Below, one piece after another: positions 1 to 13,373 of a stretch of 64,000 nt of DNA (positions are counted from its first letter, which is position 1; the number at the start of each line of letters is the position of its first letter). Under the pieces are notes generated by a model. That model searched no databases, had not been told where the DNA came from, and worked only from the letters and a program-made list of their open reading frames with translations. The translations under genes and the position numbers were made by a program. Source of the stretch: Geosiphon pyriformis uo1 (lineage: Eukaryota > Fungi > Glomeromycota); contig JAAOMT010000659.1 in assembly GCA_016748015.1 (NCBI GenBank), positions 62,001 through 126,000 on the forward strand. Direction: 5' to 3'.

Positions 1-369
1 GCTAATAATATCCAAAAGTCACAAAAAAAAAGACACGATAACCAACTACCAGATAAATCAGTTGAATTCAGGATTGGAGACAAAGTACTTTTACATTATA
101 CCAAAGCAAAAAAACAATGGAGTGGAAAATTTGACCCCAAATAGGATGGACTATTTTACATAGAAGAAATTCTAGGAAATAGAGCTTATAAATTAAGGTT
201 GAAGAATAAAATCTTAACCAAAGCAGCACATAGTGATTGACTGAAATCATATCACTATATAGTGTTATTATCTATCAGTAATATTCTACAATTAGGAGTA
301 CAGAGAATACTAGTCCAACCAGATAAGATTTCATGAAATCTGGAACTAATCATAATAATTGAACCAAAT

Positions 370-1073
370 ATGTTAAATTGAACAACCAAAAGAGTATATA
401 AAAACATGGTATACATAACAAAAACAACAAAGAAAAATGAAAATACCAGATTATATTCACACTTTAGCTCAAAAATTGTTTCAGGTTTTAAGTTAGCAGC
501 AAGTAAACATAGAAATTATCATCAACAACCAAACAATCTGTTATTAAAACACCAAACAAAAAGAGAAAAGTACACTATACTAGCAACCACAGAAACAATC
601 AATAAACTGGTTGGATAAAATAGTAGAGAAAGTAAAGAACACTTTTGGAAAGATAACCAGCATAGTTCCAACAAAAGAACTGGTAAAAAAAAATTAGAAT
701 AAATGGTTAGACCAACTTTTAATACCATACTGTTACTATTAATTGGGACAAAAAGTAAATATTCAGAAGTTATATCTCAACAAATCCAAGAGAATCTTCA
801 ATCAAGAGATAATCCAGAACATTGAAAACATTATTGAAAAGAAAACAAACTTGAAATTACATATTAGAATCATTTATTGACTATACACTATATTTCAAAA
901 CTACCCAGAAGTATTGTTATACTTTGACATAGAAATAATAACCATCAACCAATGAGAAAAAATAAACAACTCACAAATTGAAGAAATAAAAAGTAGAGTG
1001 GAACAGACACTACTTGAAAAAAAAAGTATTCAACATAATTCAAAATGAGAATTTTGACAGAGCTCAATATTAA
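370..1073 (+). pseudogene. Decayed accessory ORF3 downstream of integrase
   Basis: Translates MKIPDYIHTLAQKLFQVL..IEIIINNQTI..YCYY*LGQKVNIQ..NFDRAQY*, homologous to 52020-52715; contains stops and frameshifts. Confidence 0.7.
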
Positions 1074-1086
1074 AAGGAGAAGATAA

Positions 1087-1902
1087 TATTATTTATAAAA
1101 AGAAAAACATATATAGAAAATAGTAAACCAATAGGAGAGTAGTAGTTAGCATGTGAGCATATTGCTTAGCAATATGAAGCAATGTTAGAAAAGTAGGACA
1201 TATTGCTTAGCAATGTGAGCATTGCTCAAAAAATTATAGCATATTGCTTGAGAATGTGAGTGATCTCATAGAACATCAATTATATATATATAGCAATAGT
1301 ATTAGAAGCAAAAAAGACAAACTTCTCAGTTTAGATTTAATTTAAGCAATCTTCTATATCACAAATATTAATAAATCATTATTTGCATCTCAATCTACTC
1401 TCCATTATTAACACTTTATGTTAATAGTAATTGATACTTAACCATGCTAAAACAATAACTCTTAATTACAGCTATTGACAAGATACTAACATTTATTGCC
1501 TTGGCTTATTTCTTTAATTTTCTTTTAATTTTCTTTTATTTTATTTTTGCTTTGTTATTTCTTGTTGTTGACTAATTGATTAAAAAATAAAAACATTGAG
1601 TTATTAACATTACAGATAGCCTGGTAAAAAACCCAGAAATAAAAATAGAATTATATATATTAACAGATAGCTTACCAAAAGAACATGACTGTCAGAAATA
1701 ACCAGTTACCAAGCTGAAAACAGAAATTGGGAAACTCTACACAAAAGAATTGCACACCATTAAATCTCTGTTTATTATACAAAGAACTTAACCAAAACCT
1801 TCAGATCATGAAAACTTTTAGAAACCAATATTATTATATTAACTAAACACCAAGCTATGGATTTGTTATTTGCTTTGAAACTCCAAATAATCATTTCTAA
1901 CA
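1087..1902 (+). repeat. LTR type A1 (3' LTR)
   Basis: Ends T(A)TTA..TAACA; CCAAT box, CACATTGCTNAGCAATGTG dyads, TATATA; R/U5 shared with 12544, 37923, 53416 and 62846. Confidence 0.9.
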
Positions 1903-2185
1903 TTGGATACTTAATAGTAAGGAAAGAGAAATTAGCAAAAAAAAAAAGATTAAGATAAAGTTGTTATTTTATTTCTTTTATTTCTTTGATTCTTATATAC
2001 ATTTCTATAGCTAAAAGATTCATTGCTTATATAGCTATCAAAAATGATCAATAATCAGGTTATTAATTAGATTAATGATCAGATTAATGATCAGGTCAAT
2101 AATCAGATTATTGATTAGATTAATGATCACTTTCTAAAAATAGGATGGCTAATTATATGACATTAGTGGCTAATACATGTAATAA

Positions 2186-2841
2186 TTAATAAGAAGTATA
2201 AGTTTCAATCATAATATCATCTTCTCCAAAAAAATTGAGCTTCAGCAAAATCAAGCCATTTATGGTATAATCTATTTGAAAAGTTTTATCTAACTCAAAG
2301 CTAACTAGTTTGTTGAAGTTTTTTGTGGATAGGGTATATAATACTTGAAGTGAAATAAGTTTTGTATCCAAGAGACCAAATCTTTGTATTAAAGTTTTGG
2401 CTCTTTTAGCAATAGTTAAAACTCTTGGAACATCTAACCGTATAATGCCCAAAATTTGTGTCTGTATCTCTAAAGTTGTTTTCTTTATTAGTTTCATATT
2501 CTTTATGATTTCTCTAAGGCGACCATAGAGTTCTAATTGTCTTTTATATGACAAATTTTTGTTTATAGACAAGATTTCTTGGATTGTTTTTTCAATTGTG
2601 CTAAAAGGTGAAAGTATAGCTGCTATTATACTTTCTAACAAATATTTATTTATTTTGCTACCAATTTTTTTTCTTTTGGTAGTAGTTTTCTTTGGTCTAA
2701 TAACAATATGTATTCTACTGTTATTAGTTATGGTGGTTTGTTTTTCAATGATCAGAGTAGTATTTGGATAGTTTTTGATTCAATACTTATGAAAATATAG
2801 AAAGTGTTTTGAATGTTTTGATTCAGAAAATAATTGTTCAT
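2186..2841 (-). pseudogene. Family-B ORF3 (accessory ORF after integrase, running into the 3' LTR)
   Basis: ATG at 2841 (MNNYFLNQNIQN), 1-nt frameshift near 2790, then open 2641-2186; equivalent to 22519-23175. Confidence 0.7.
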
Positions 2842-2999
2842 GCTAATTAAAGATACTACTGTTTTGGGAATAATGCATTTATTTATACTTGATTTTTGCT
2901 GATCATTTGGATTAGTATTACTACAACAGACAACCAATTAGGTTATTTATAATATTTCTTGAATTGTGTATTATGAACAGAACAATCATTAAAAATTGT

Positions 3000-5900
3000 T
3001 CCAGATTGATCTTGAAAAATATAAGAATTATTGTTCAAAACTTTGTTGACTATAAAGGGTTCTTTCTATCAGCTAGAAACTTTATTATTATAAACATTGT
3101 CTTTGTCTGAATAGTATTCCAATACTAAGTCACCAATACTTAAAGAAAGTGTTTTATAGGTTTTCTTTTTTTTAAGCTTTTCTTGAAACTGTTTTATCTT
3201 TTCAAAAGCAATTATCTATGTTTTTACCAAGGAGTCAAGAATAATACTAAGATTTCTTTGTAAAATGTTTTTGTAATTTCTTATTGTAATTTCTTCAAAA
3301 GATATTGTCTCAATATTAGTTTCTATTGGTAGTGTTGCCATGCATCCATAGAGCAGATAAAAAAGTTCAAAACTTGTTATGTCATAATTTACAGTTCTTT
3401 AAGCAAACAAAACTAAAAACAGTACTTTGTCTTATAAGTTTGTTTCTTCACTAGTTTTGGCTAGAGTTTCACATAATGTTTTATTAAAACATTCTACTAA
3501 ATCATTTGTTTGAGAGTGGTAAGAAAAAGAAAATTTATAACATATTTTTATTTTTCTACAAAGTTTTTTAACTAGTGTATTGAAAAAAGCTCTCTTTCTA
3601 TCAGATAAAAGTTCTTTGAAACAGCCATAATAGCAGATAATATTTTCATAAATGAAATTTGCTATTAAGACTGCTGTTTGATCTGGAGTAGTTCTTGCTT
3701 CTACTCACTTTGTAAAATAGTCAGTAGCTGTAATAATGTATTTGTTGCTATCAAGAGTTATTGTTAAAGGTCCAACAACATCTATACCAATTCTGTCAAA
3801 TAGTTGACCAACAGAGATTGGATGGATATCTTTTTTGTAATTGGGTTTGTCTTTTTTTTGGCAAATGTTACAGATTTTGATGTATTTAGCAATATCTTTT
3901 CTCAAGGCAAGCCAATAATAGCAAACTAAAGTTTTCTGAATTGTCTTTGTTTTTCCAAAGTGTCCAGCTAATGGGTCAGTGTATATGTTATATATTACAA
4001 TTTTTCTTTCTTCAAATCTGATGACTTTCTGAAAGTGATCAGGATCTTTTCTGTTTCTTTTATATAATTGGTTCTGGTGGATCAAATAGAAATTTGATTG
4101 TTTACACAAATGTTTCCTTTACTGTTAAGTATATTCTGATGAGTATTGTTCTTTATCCAAAAATTTTATTAAGGCAGAGTAGTTGTCTAAATCTATTATC
4201 ATATTTATTTATGAGAGTATTACTAATAATTAAGTTTAGTTTAGTTGAAAGATTGTATTATCACTGGATAATAAGTCTAGAGAAAGTGTTAACATTTTGA
4301 TGATTTGCTCTTTTATGGTGTTGAATATCATAGTCGAATTCATCCAAGTGGAATATCCAGCAAGTTATTTTTTTGTGTTCTAGCTTCTTTTTATTGCACA
4401 GCCAAACCAAAGCTTGATAATCTGTTATTACTAGGAATTTCATACCAAGAAAATATTAATTCCAGTAATTAGTAGCCCAAACTACTACCAAATATTCTTG
4501 TTTAGTAACTGAATAGTTTTTTTTACTAGTGTAAGGGATTTACTGGCATATGCTATAGTATGTTCTCTGCTATTTTCATTTTTCTGTAAAAAGACAGCAC
4601 CAAATCCATAATTAAATGTATTAGTGTGGAGGATAAAAGATTGGTCCAAATCAGGTTGCTTAAAGATTGGTTTAGTAACAAGTTTTTTCTTTGGAATTTC
4701 AAAAGCTTTTTGTTGATGAGTGTCCCAGTGGTAATTGACATTTTTTCTGAGTAGTTAATTGAAAGAAAAGGCAATTTTGGAGAAATTCTTGATAAATTTA
4801 CAATAGTAAAAAGCCAAATTAAGAAAAGAATATAGTTCAGAAACATTCATTAATTGTCTAATGTTCTGGACTTTTTTAACCTTAGCTGAATCAGAGAAGA
4901 TTTTATCTTTTATNNNNNNNNNNNNNNNNNNNNCTACCAAATATTCTTGTTTAGTAACTGAATAGTTTTTTTTACTAGTGTAAGGGATTTACTGGCATAT
5001 GCTATAGTATGTTCTCTGCTATTTTCATTTTTCTGTAAAAAGACAGCACCAAATCCATAATTAAATGTATTAGTGTGGAGGATAAAAGATTGGTCCAAAT
5101 CAGGTTGCTTAAAGATTGGTTTAGTAACAAGTTTTTTCTTTGGAATTTCAAAAGCTTTTTGTTGATGAGTGTCCCAGTGGTAATTGACATTTTTTCTGAG
5201 TAGTTAATTGAAAGAAAAGGCAATTTTGGAGAAATTCTTGATAAATTTACAATAGTAAAAAGCCAAATTAAGAAAAGAATATAGTTCAGAAACATTCATT
5301 AATTGTCTAATGTTCTGGACTTTTTTAACCTTAGCTGAATCAGAGAAGATTTTATCTTTTATAATAAGATGACCAAAAAACTGGGTGGATTGACATCCAA
5401 AAAAAAATTTGATTGGGTTGATCTTGAGGCCAGTATTTTTAAGCAGGTCAAAAACCTTTTGTAAATGTTCAAGATATTCATCCCATGTTTTTGAGTAAAC
5501 TATTATGTCATTTAAGTAGACCAGAACAAAGTTTTCTTTTACTGATTCAAATACTTTGTTCATTAGGCATTAAAAAATGGGAGGAGCATTGGTAAGACCA
5601 AAAGGCATGACTGTGAATTCATAAGTGCCATACTTGGTGATGAAGACAGTTTTTTTTCTGCTTTCTGGATCTATCTCTACTTGCCAAAATCCAACAGTTA
5701 AGTCAATAGTTAAAAAGAAAACAGCACTATTGAATTTATCTAATATTGCATCAATTTTGAAGAATGAGTACATGTTTCTTATAGTGATGATATTTAATTG
5801 ACAGTAATCAACACAGAGGTATAGAGTTCTATCTTTCTTAAATACCACTACAACTGGAAAAGCCTATTCACTCTTGGTTTTTTGTATGAATTCAAGGTTT
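3000..5900 (-). pseudogene. pol: Decayed RT-RNaseH-integrase of B2
   Basis: ORF fragments LCVDY, DLTVGFWQV, MPFGLTNAP, YLNDII, YTDPLAGHFG..CNICQ, IGIDVVGP, TDYFTK. Confidence 0.93.
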
Positions 5901-6020
5901 TTCATTCAGGTTATTTTTTTCTTGATGAACTCATCATTGTGTTAATTAGATTAATAAGGCTTCAAATGGATGGAATAAGTTTTCTTTATGGTGATAATGT
6001 GTTGTATTATATAAGTTTGT

Positions 6021-7076
6021 TGTTATGGGTATACTTGGTGGGATAAGGAGATGATAACGTTTGGTGCTCTCAATTATTAATAAGATGTGTTTTGTGTAAT
6101 TTCACTGGCTTAGTTTTGATTATCAGTCTCTGAAGGTCTTCTTTTTACTGATTGTGAATTTACCCATTGAGTTTTTTGGTTATAAGGCACAGAGTTTTGG
6201 TTCTCGCTGATTACAACTTCTTATAAAAGTGCTTTTTTCTTCGAGCTAATGAGTGCAATCATTAGGGTTTGGCATTATTTTTTTGCCCTTCTGGTAAGCT
6301 ATCAAGATAATGTTAATATCCAAAAACCTAAAAAGAGCTTCTTTCTTTTATCAGGCTATCACGAAATTTATTCCCAGACAGTTGATTTTACTATGTTGCT
6401 ATTCCACAAAAGAATAAAGAAAAGAAATAAAAATAAAAATAAAAATAAAAAAATAAAATAAAAGAAAAAAAGAAAAAAAAAGAATTAGTATCATTAATTA
6501 CTGTAATCAAGAGCAATTGGTCCAAATCATTAATAGTTTGAGACAGTTATGCTAAGAGTATTTGTTCTGGAACAAAGATATGACACAATGTTTAATTCAC
6601 ATAAATTCCACAAAGTTCAAGAACATGAATTTGTGATTTTGATTTCTTAATAATTGATTTTATTTTAGAAAATAAAGATAGAATAGAATAAATGATGAAA
6701 AGAGTAAGAATATTTGATTCTTGTTTAGTGGTTTATATCTATCTGTCTCTCTGTTTCTACTTTCTACAACTACTTGCTTTTATATATTTTTTTGGTTTTA
6801 CAGAATTGCTTCTGATTGTTTTATTATTGTTAACTATTGCTTTGTTATTTTTGTTATTGCTTTGTTTTTCTATGTTATTACTAGTTATCCTATGTTATAA
6901 CATATTATCTGGTGTTATTACATGTTATTCTGTGTTATCTTATATTATAATATATTATCCTGTACTATCTTAAGTTATAATGTGTTATCCAATGTTTTTG
7001 TATATTATTCTGTATTATGGCATGTTCTGGTCACATTTTTTCATAACTTTGGATTGGTTTTTCTACTTAAGTAATA
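6021..7076 (-). repeat. Solo LTR type E
   Basis: TGTTAT..GTAATA ends; TSD TTGT/TTAT; removing it restores pol as at 25890-25920; shares structured blocks with A LTRs. Confidence 0.85.
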
Positions 7077-10000
7077 TTATCCAGGAGTATTACCTTTTTT
7101 TAAGATAACTGGACTGTTTTTAGCCAACAGATTTTCAATATCCACATTTTTTTCTTCAAAAGAAGATTTTTTTTGTTCTACAACTAGTAATTGGATTTCA
7201 GGTAGTTCATTTTCAAAAGATTTTTGTACTTTTTTTAGTTCTTCTCTGGGTATTAAACTAATTGGCTCCTAATCTTTGTAATAGATTAAACAGAACTTGT
7301 ATTTATCACTAGGAGAATACAAAGATTTATTGCACCAGCATCTAGCACAAAAACTATGCCATCAATAGCTGTATTTGGCTTTCTTGCCAGACTTTCTATC
7401 AAAGATTTTTTTGAGAATATTATAGTAAGGCCAGCAAATCAACTTGCTATTTACCATAATTCCTTTTTTGTTAACTTTAATATTATCTAGTGACTTGTCA
7501 TTACTGGTAAAGATAGTATAGACAAGTTTAGCAGTTTTTTCTTGTTTTTTTTTGATCTTCTTCATTATCTGATTGCTCATCTTCTTAATTCTGTTTGGAT
7601 ACTGAAAGAGTTGTCTAATGACAACATTTAACCACAATAGATTTTTCACCACATTTGATCGTTAGTTCACAAAGTTTGTAATTAAGCAAGGCTTTTGCCT
7701 TCTTAAACCATTCATTGCCAACAATAATAGTATATTCTTTTGCTTCAGATATTTCTATGTTAGTCTTAATACTAATGTTATTGATGCAGACAGGAATAGC
7801 TTTGGCTATATCAAGCTTTTTTTTTTTGTCACTATGTACATTGATTATTGGTCTAGTTAAGAGTTCATCAATTTTTCTTTCAATAGCTTTCAGAAAGTGT
7901 TTGGCAATTATACTGACAAATGATTTATTGTTTAGGATTAAGTTAATAAAGTAACCAGCCACTTGGGCTTTGCAAATCAGAAAAATGACATTGCTGTTGT
8001 TAATGAGTTCAGCTTGGTGAGGATGTTTATTGGTTTTTGGTGTCTTTTTCTTTGAAATCAATAACTTGCAAAGATTTTTTCTAAACTGTAAATGAGTCAT
8101 TAGTTGGCCAAATGTAATGTGTGCTGGGGTTTTCATAAGATTTTTAAGGACCAAATTTTTGTATTATCTCTGGAAGTTTTAACTTTGAAGAATTTTTAAA
8201 AACTAGTCTTTAGTGGCTCATTGTTATTAGTAATTAATATAGATGCTTTTTTTGGATCTAGAACAAAATCAACTTTGGCTTTTTTCTTCTTTCTTGTTAA
8301 TTCAGAAGTGTTGATTGCTAGTTTATCCATGTCATGGTTATTATTAGTTAGGTTAAAAGCATAAAAGAGGTTTTCTTCTGGTTGGCTTGTACTCTCATTC
8401 TTTGGAGATGCATTTACTAGTTTAAAGGCTAATAAACAATGGCTTCAACAAGGGGATTCTCTCCAAAGAAATTGATGTTGGCATGATTGGGTCTTTGATT
8501 GGGGGCATTGTTGTTAATAGTTTTGTTGATTTGATTGTTATTGTTTCTAGAAACTGGAAGAGGCAATAGAAGATTGTTGCAATCTTTAAAAAAGTGTTCA
8601 GTTAATTCACAGCAATAGCACACAAGTGGGCCATGATTTTGCTGTTTTTAATAAGAGGGTTGCTAAGATTGATTAAAATAGAATTCAAATCTGAGTCTTT
8701 AAGATTGTTGATTATTTTTGACTGCTTGCACTAAAGGTTTCAATAACTGGGCAAAATTAGCTGTAAATCTGTCTATCAACTATTCATTTGGGTTTTGAGT
8801 TTGAGCAGCAAAAGAAATAGCAGCCATTTAAAAAACAGAGGCCATAACAGGAGCAAGAGCAAAAACTAGAAGTGTAGATTCCAAGTACATCCTTTGGTTG
8901 TCTTTAATTTATTGGGCAAGTTCAATGGCCATATCCATTGTGGAATTGTCTTTCAGGACCAGAAGAGGCCAAAGAGCATATAAGAGATTAGTTCTCAATT
9001 CTTTTGTAAAGAAGTAAGTTTTCTGTTTTTCTGTCCAATTTCTTTTAAAGTTTACCTGCTTGATTAACTTTCTGATTGCTTTGACATATTTAGTTACAAC
9101 TTTACTAGAACCTTGGATTCTTCTTTCTAATTTTATGCACCATTTGAATATCAAGATAGGAGTTCTAAATTTCATTTCAAACTGGATAGTGTTATGGAAG
9201 TGTTTTCTTGGTATATTTTAATTGTTGATCTCCTGTTTTAATTGCAATCAGTCTCTTATAAGTTCCTCTATTTTATGTGTTGAATAATTTTGATCAGGGA
9301 TTATTTTTTCAAAGAATTCAGAGATGGAATGATAGTTTTATTCACTAGAGAGAGTATGTAAATTTTATTGTTAATATCATAATTGTGATGTTTATTTAAT
9401 TTATTATTTTTTTTTTATTAATTATTTTTGAATAAGATTTTATTTAGATGTTTGTTGCTCCTAGTTGAAGCTGTTTTTTTTCATCATTAAAAACTATTAT
9501 ATATATATATAATTATTGTTTTACAAAATAATGTCTTATAATACTCTATTTCTATTATTTCTAAATAGTGCTTGCTACTATTATAAAATAGTGCTTATTG
9601 CTTTTGCACGATAGTACTTGCTGCTATTGTAAAATAGTGTTTGCTGTTATTTGTAAATTATTTTTTTTTATAAATTGTTGCTGTGCTATTTTATGATTGG
9701 CTAATTTCTATTATTTATAATTCCTATTAAATTCTTGAACTATAATATTATCTTCTTCTTTCAAGATTGAGCTTCGTCAAAATCAAAGTTAATTTTTTCA
9801 TTGAATTCTAAGTTGTTATAGTAGTCTAATACTGTATTATTAACTTGTTGTTGGAATTCTTAAAATTGGGAGTTGGTAAGTTGTCCAATACTGTTGGTTG
9901 TTATTATGTTCATGGTTGGATCCAATAATACTTTGTGACAATTTTCAAATGCTTTGAAAATTCTGTAAACTGCTTTTTAAATAGAATATAATGTTGGTTT

Positions 10001-11879
10001 TTTCAATAAAACTTTCTAATTGTTGGATTGTTGCTTTGTCAAATACTCTAATTGATGAGTAGGTTCATGATTTTTACATGTGTCTTATTCTTGACAAACA
10101 GTCAGCATTGGCATTTTTGGTACCTTCTTTGTATTTGATGATATAATTATATGGTGCTAATATTTGTGACCATCTGGCATATTTTCTTTTCAGCACTTTC
10201 TTGTTATTTAACCAGACCAGATCTCTATGATCTGTGGTAATACCAAAGAGTTTGTATCATAAATATGTGTCAAAGTGAATGCAACTCCAGACTACTGCTA
10301 AGCATTTCAGTTTATATGCTGCATAGTTTTGCTCTGTCATACTGAGACTTCTACTGGCATAAGCAATTACACGTTCTCTTCTATTATCATCTTTTTGTGA
10401 AAGAATGACTCCAAGTCCAGTTCTAGAGACATTTGTGGCCAAAATGAATTTCTTGTTGAAATTTAAATAAATCATTATTGTGATTCAATAAGCTTTTGCC
10501 TAAGGTACTTAAAAGCTTTTTGCTGTGTTTTGGTCTATTCAAATTTCACATTTTTGGATAGTAGATAATTAAGAGGTTTGACAATGTTTAAAAAGTTTTC
10601 TACAAAGTGGTGGTAGTAAGATGCGAGTTCTAAAAAACTTCTAACTTCTAAAACGTTTCGAGATACTGGAAAATTTTTCACTTTGTCTATTTTTGATGGA
10701 TCTGGTTTTATTCTATTTTTTTCAACTACGTGTTCTAGAAATGCTAGCTCATTTTTCCCAAAAAAACATTTTTCTAAATTTAATTTAAGTCTAATATGTC
10801 TTAATTTCTCAAAAACTTGTTGTAAATGTTGAAGATGATCTGCAAATTTTGGCAAGAAAACATTTGTATTATCCAAGTAGACAACAACAGATTGTCACAG
10901 AATTCCAGAATAAATTACATTCATTAGTCTTTGGAATATTATGGGAGTGTTTGTCAATCCAAATGGCATTATATTGAATTCATAATTGCCATTTTGTGTT
11001 GTGAATACTGTTTTATGCCTGTTTTTTGAGTCTATTTTCACTTGCCAGTATCTATTGGTCAAGTCAAGTGTAGAAAACCATTTTGCTCCTCCAAAAATGT
11101 TGAAGATTTTATCAATTAATAGTATTAGGTATGAGTCTTTGGTTGTTTTGCTGTTTAGTTTGTGATAGTCAATGCAAAATCTAATTTTTTCATTCTTTTT
11201 TCTTACTAAAACAACTGGTGAGAACCATGGACTTATTGATATTTGAATTATTCTTTTTTCTAACATGCTTTGGACTTCTTCTCTGATAAAATTATGCTTC
11301 ATTGGTGGGACATAGTAAGCATGTTGTTTTTCAGGTCTGGCATCCCCAGTGGGGGTTTGGTGTTGAACCAAGTTGGTTCTTCCAAATTCACCATTTCATA
11401 AAAATATATCAGAATATTTTAAAATTAATGCTTTTAATTGTCACTATTGGTCCAGATCCATTGTTCCAATGTTTAATTTGGCCAATTTTTCTGGCATAAA
11501 TTGATAGCATTCCAACAGTTGTTGTCAATTTATTAAAGTGAGTTTACAGTAAAGGGCAATTTCTGGGAAATTTAGAATTTCTTGTGGTGTTGATGCATTT
11601 TCTAGCTCTATTCTAAGATATCCCATGATGGTGTTTTCTGGAATATATATGAGCTCTTCTGTGGTATTTGTGATAGAAATTTTTATTCATTGTGTTTTGT
11701 TAGCTGGAATAAAAAGGTTAATAAGTCTTATGGAAAACTGTTGGCAAGTTTCTGGGTGGGGCTCGAATATTAGATTTATATCTTTTATTGTCTTTTTTAT
11801 TTTAATTTCTGATTTTCCATAAGGTGTGAGTGTGATTGACCACTTATTTCTAATTAATTCATTTTTCTCCTCTGGCATT

Positions 11880-12300
11880 TCAATAAAATTTGCTTTAATT
11901 CCTTTTCCTGTTGATCTAAAACTATAAATTTCTCTCATTGTTTGTGTCAATTCCTCTCAATTTTCTACTGATACAAATTTTCCAACTTTTATTAATGGTA
12001 AGAAAATTGCTTGTGCAATTTTCTCCTTAGATTCAATGGTATAAGATTTTTTTGAATTGTTCTGTAGCAAAACCATCAAATTTCTAGTGTAATCAGAATT
12101 AATTACTCCTCCTTGAATGCTTATTCCTTTTTTCGCAAGGCTTAATCGCAACGCTATTTGGACCATTATTCCTGGCAGAATTTCAACCACTATTTTTAGG
12201 CCAATTTTTGTAATACTCTTGAGTGGCAATGTTATGGATTGGTCTTCTGGATACCGTAAATTGAATCTGGCATCAGTTGGATAGGCTCTTTTGAATACTA
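11880..12300 (-). pseudogene. dut: dUTPase domain in family-D pol
   Basis: RAYPTDARFNL, RLSLAKKGI, GGVINSDYTRNL, EKIAQAIF and downstream R..YSFRSTG correspond to decayed trimeric dUTPase motifs 1-5. Confidence 0.88.
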
Positions 12301-12543
12301 TTCCTAAGTGCCCATTGTTATAGTACCAGATACTAATCTTCTGATCTAGATTAGTATAGGCTAAAATATTTTCTGACTCAGAACCATCAGGTGAGTTTTG
12401 TTGATTTATTGATTGATTTTGGTACTGTTGATTCTTAATTTCCATTTTTTTTTCTAAGTCCTTTTTGTATTGACACTTTTTATAGTGCTGACTTTGGCAC
12501 AGAATAAGACAATCTTTGCAAAGGTAAGTGTTGATCTGAGCAA

Positions 12544-13373
12544 TGTTACAGATAATTATTTGGGATCTCAAGTCAAATAACAAATCTGTAACTTGGTGCT
12601 TGGTTGGTATTCTGGTGTTGATATCTAAAGGTTTTTTTGTGGAGTTCTTTGTATAATGGATAGAGATTTAATCATTGTTTTCAATAGTCTCCTGAAATTG
12701 CAATTTCATCAAATTTTTTTCTCAGCATGGTGGCCAGTAATCTTCTTGGTAAGCTATTATCAAATTTATGAGTGTTCTACCCTTGTTTCATGGATCTTTT
12801 ACCAGTCCTTATGACGTCTGTATCTCAGTGCTTAATCTTTAATCAATTTAGTATAAACCAAAGAAATAACAAAAAAGAAATAAAAGAAAATAAAAAAAGA
12901 TAAAGAAATAAACAAAAGTAATTCCAAGTTAGTATTTTGTCAATAGCTGTGATCAAGAGCTATTGTTCCAGTGTGGTTAAGTATTAATTACTATCAACAT
13001 GAAGTGTGGATAGTGGAGAGTGGATTGAGATAGTAAATAATTATTTATTGATATTTGTGAATAGAAGGTTGCTTAGATCAAATCTAAACTGCAAGGTCTG
13101 TTTTTTCTATTTTTAATGCTACCACTATATATACATAATTTGGGTTCTACAAGATCACACACATTTTCAAGCAATGTGCTATAATTTTTTGAGCAATGCT
13201 TTATATTGCTGAGCAATGTGCCATATTTTCTTGACATCACTCCACATTGCTGAGCAATGTGCCATGATTTCTGACATTGCTTCACATTGCTGAACAATGT
13301 GCTCACATGCTCACTACTACTTCCTATTGGTCTACTATTTTTCTATATTTGTTTTCTTTTTTTATAAGTAACA
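12544..13373 (-). repeat. Solo LTR type A1 inserted in family-D pol
   Basis: TGTTACAG..GTAACA ends; TSD GCAA/GTAA; removal restores KQYFAQINTYLC. Confidence 0.92.

Larger units (their letters stand above)
1..1902 (+). mobile_element. 3' end of a Ty3/Gypsy element (family A): integrase C-terminus, ORF3 remnant, polypurine tract (PPT) and 3' LTR
   Basis: 1-330 aligns with the integrase tail at 51640-51985 (W/*DGLF = GPF motif). PPT aaaaggagaagataa at 1072-1086. LTR follows and ends ..ctaaca 1902, then the sequence resumes in the middle of a family-B LTR. Confidence 0.9.

Noticed and set aside
4484-5362. ~430-bp direct duplication in RT/RNase H
   Set aside because: Near-identical copies flank a 20-N gap; typical unmerged contig overlap.
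6692-6973. Hydrophobic membrane-protein-like ORFs (also 522-728, 2559-2771, 32867-33196, 62166-62369)
   Set aside because: Antisense or LTR-derived T-rich shadow ORFs.
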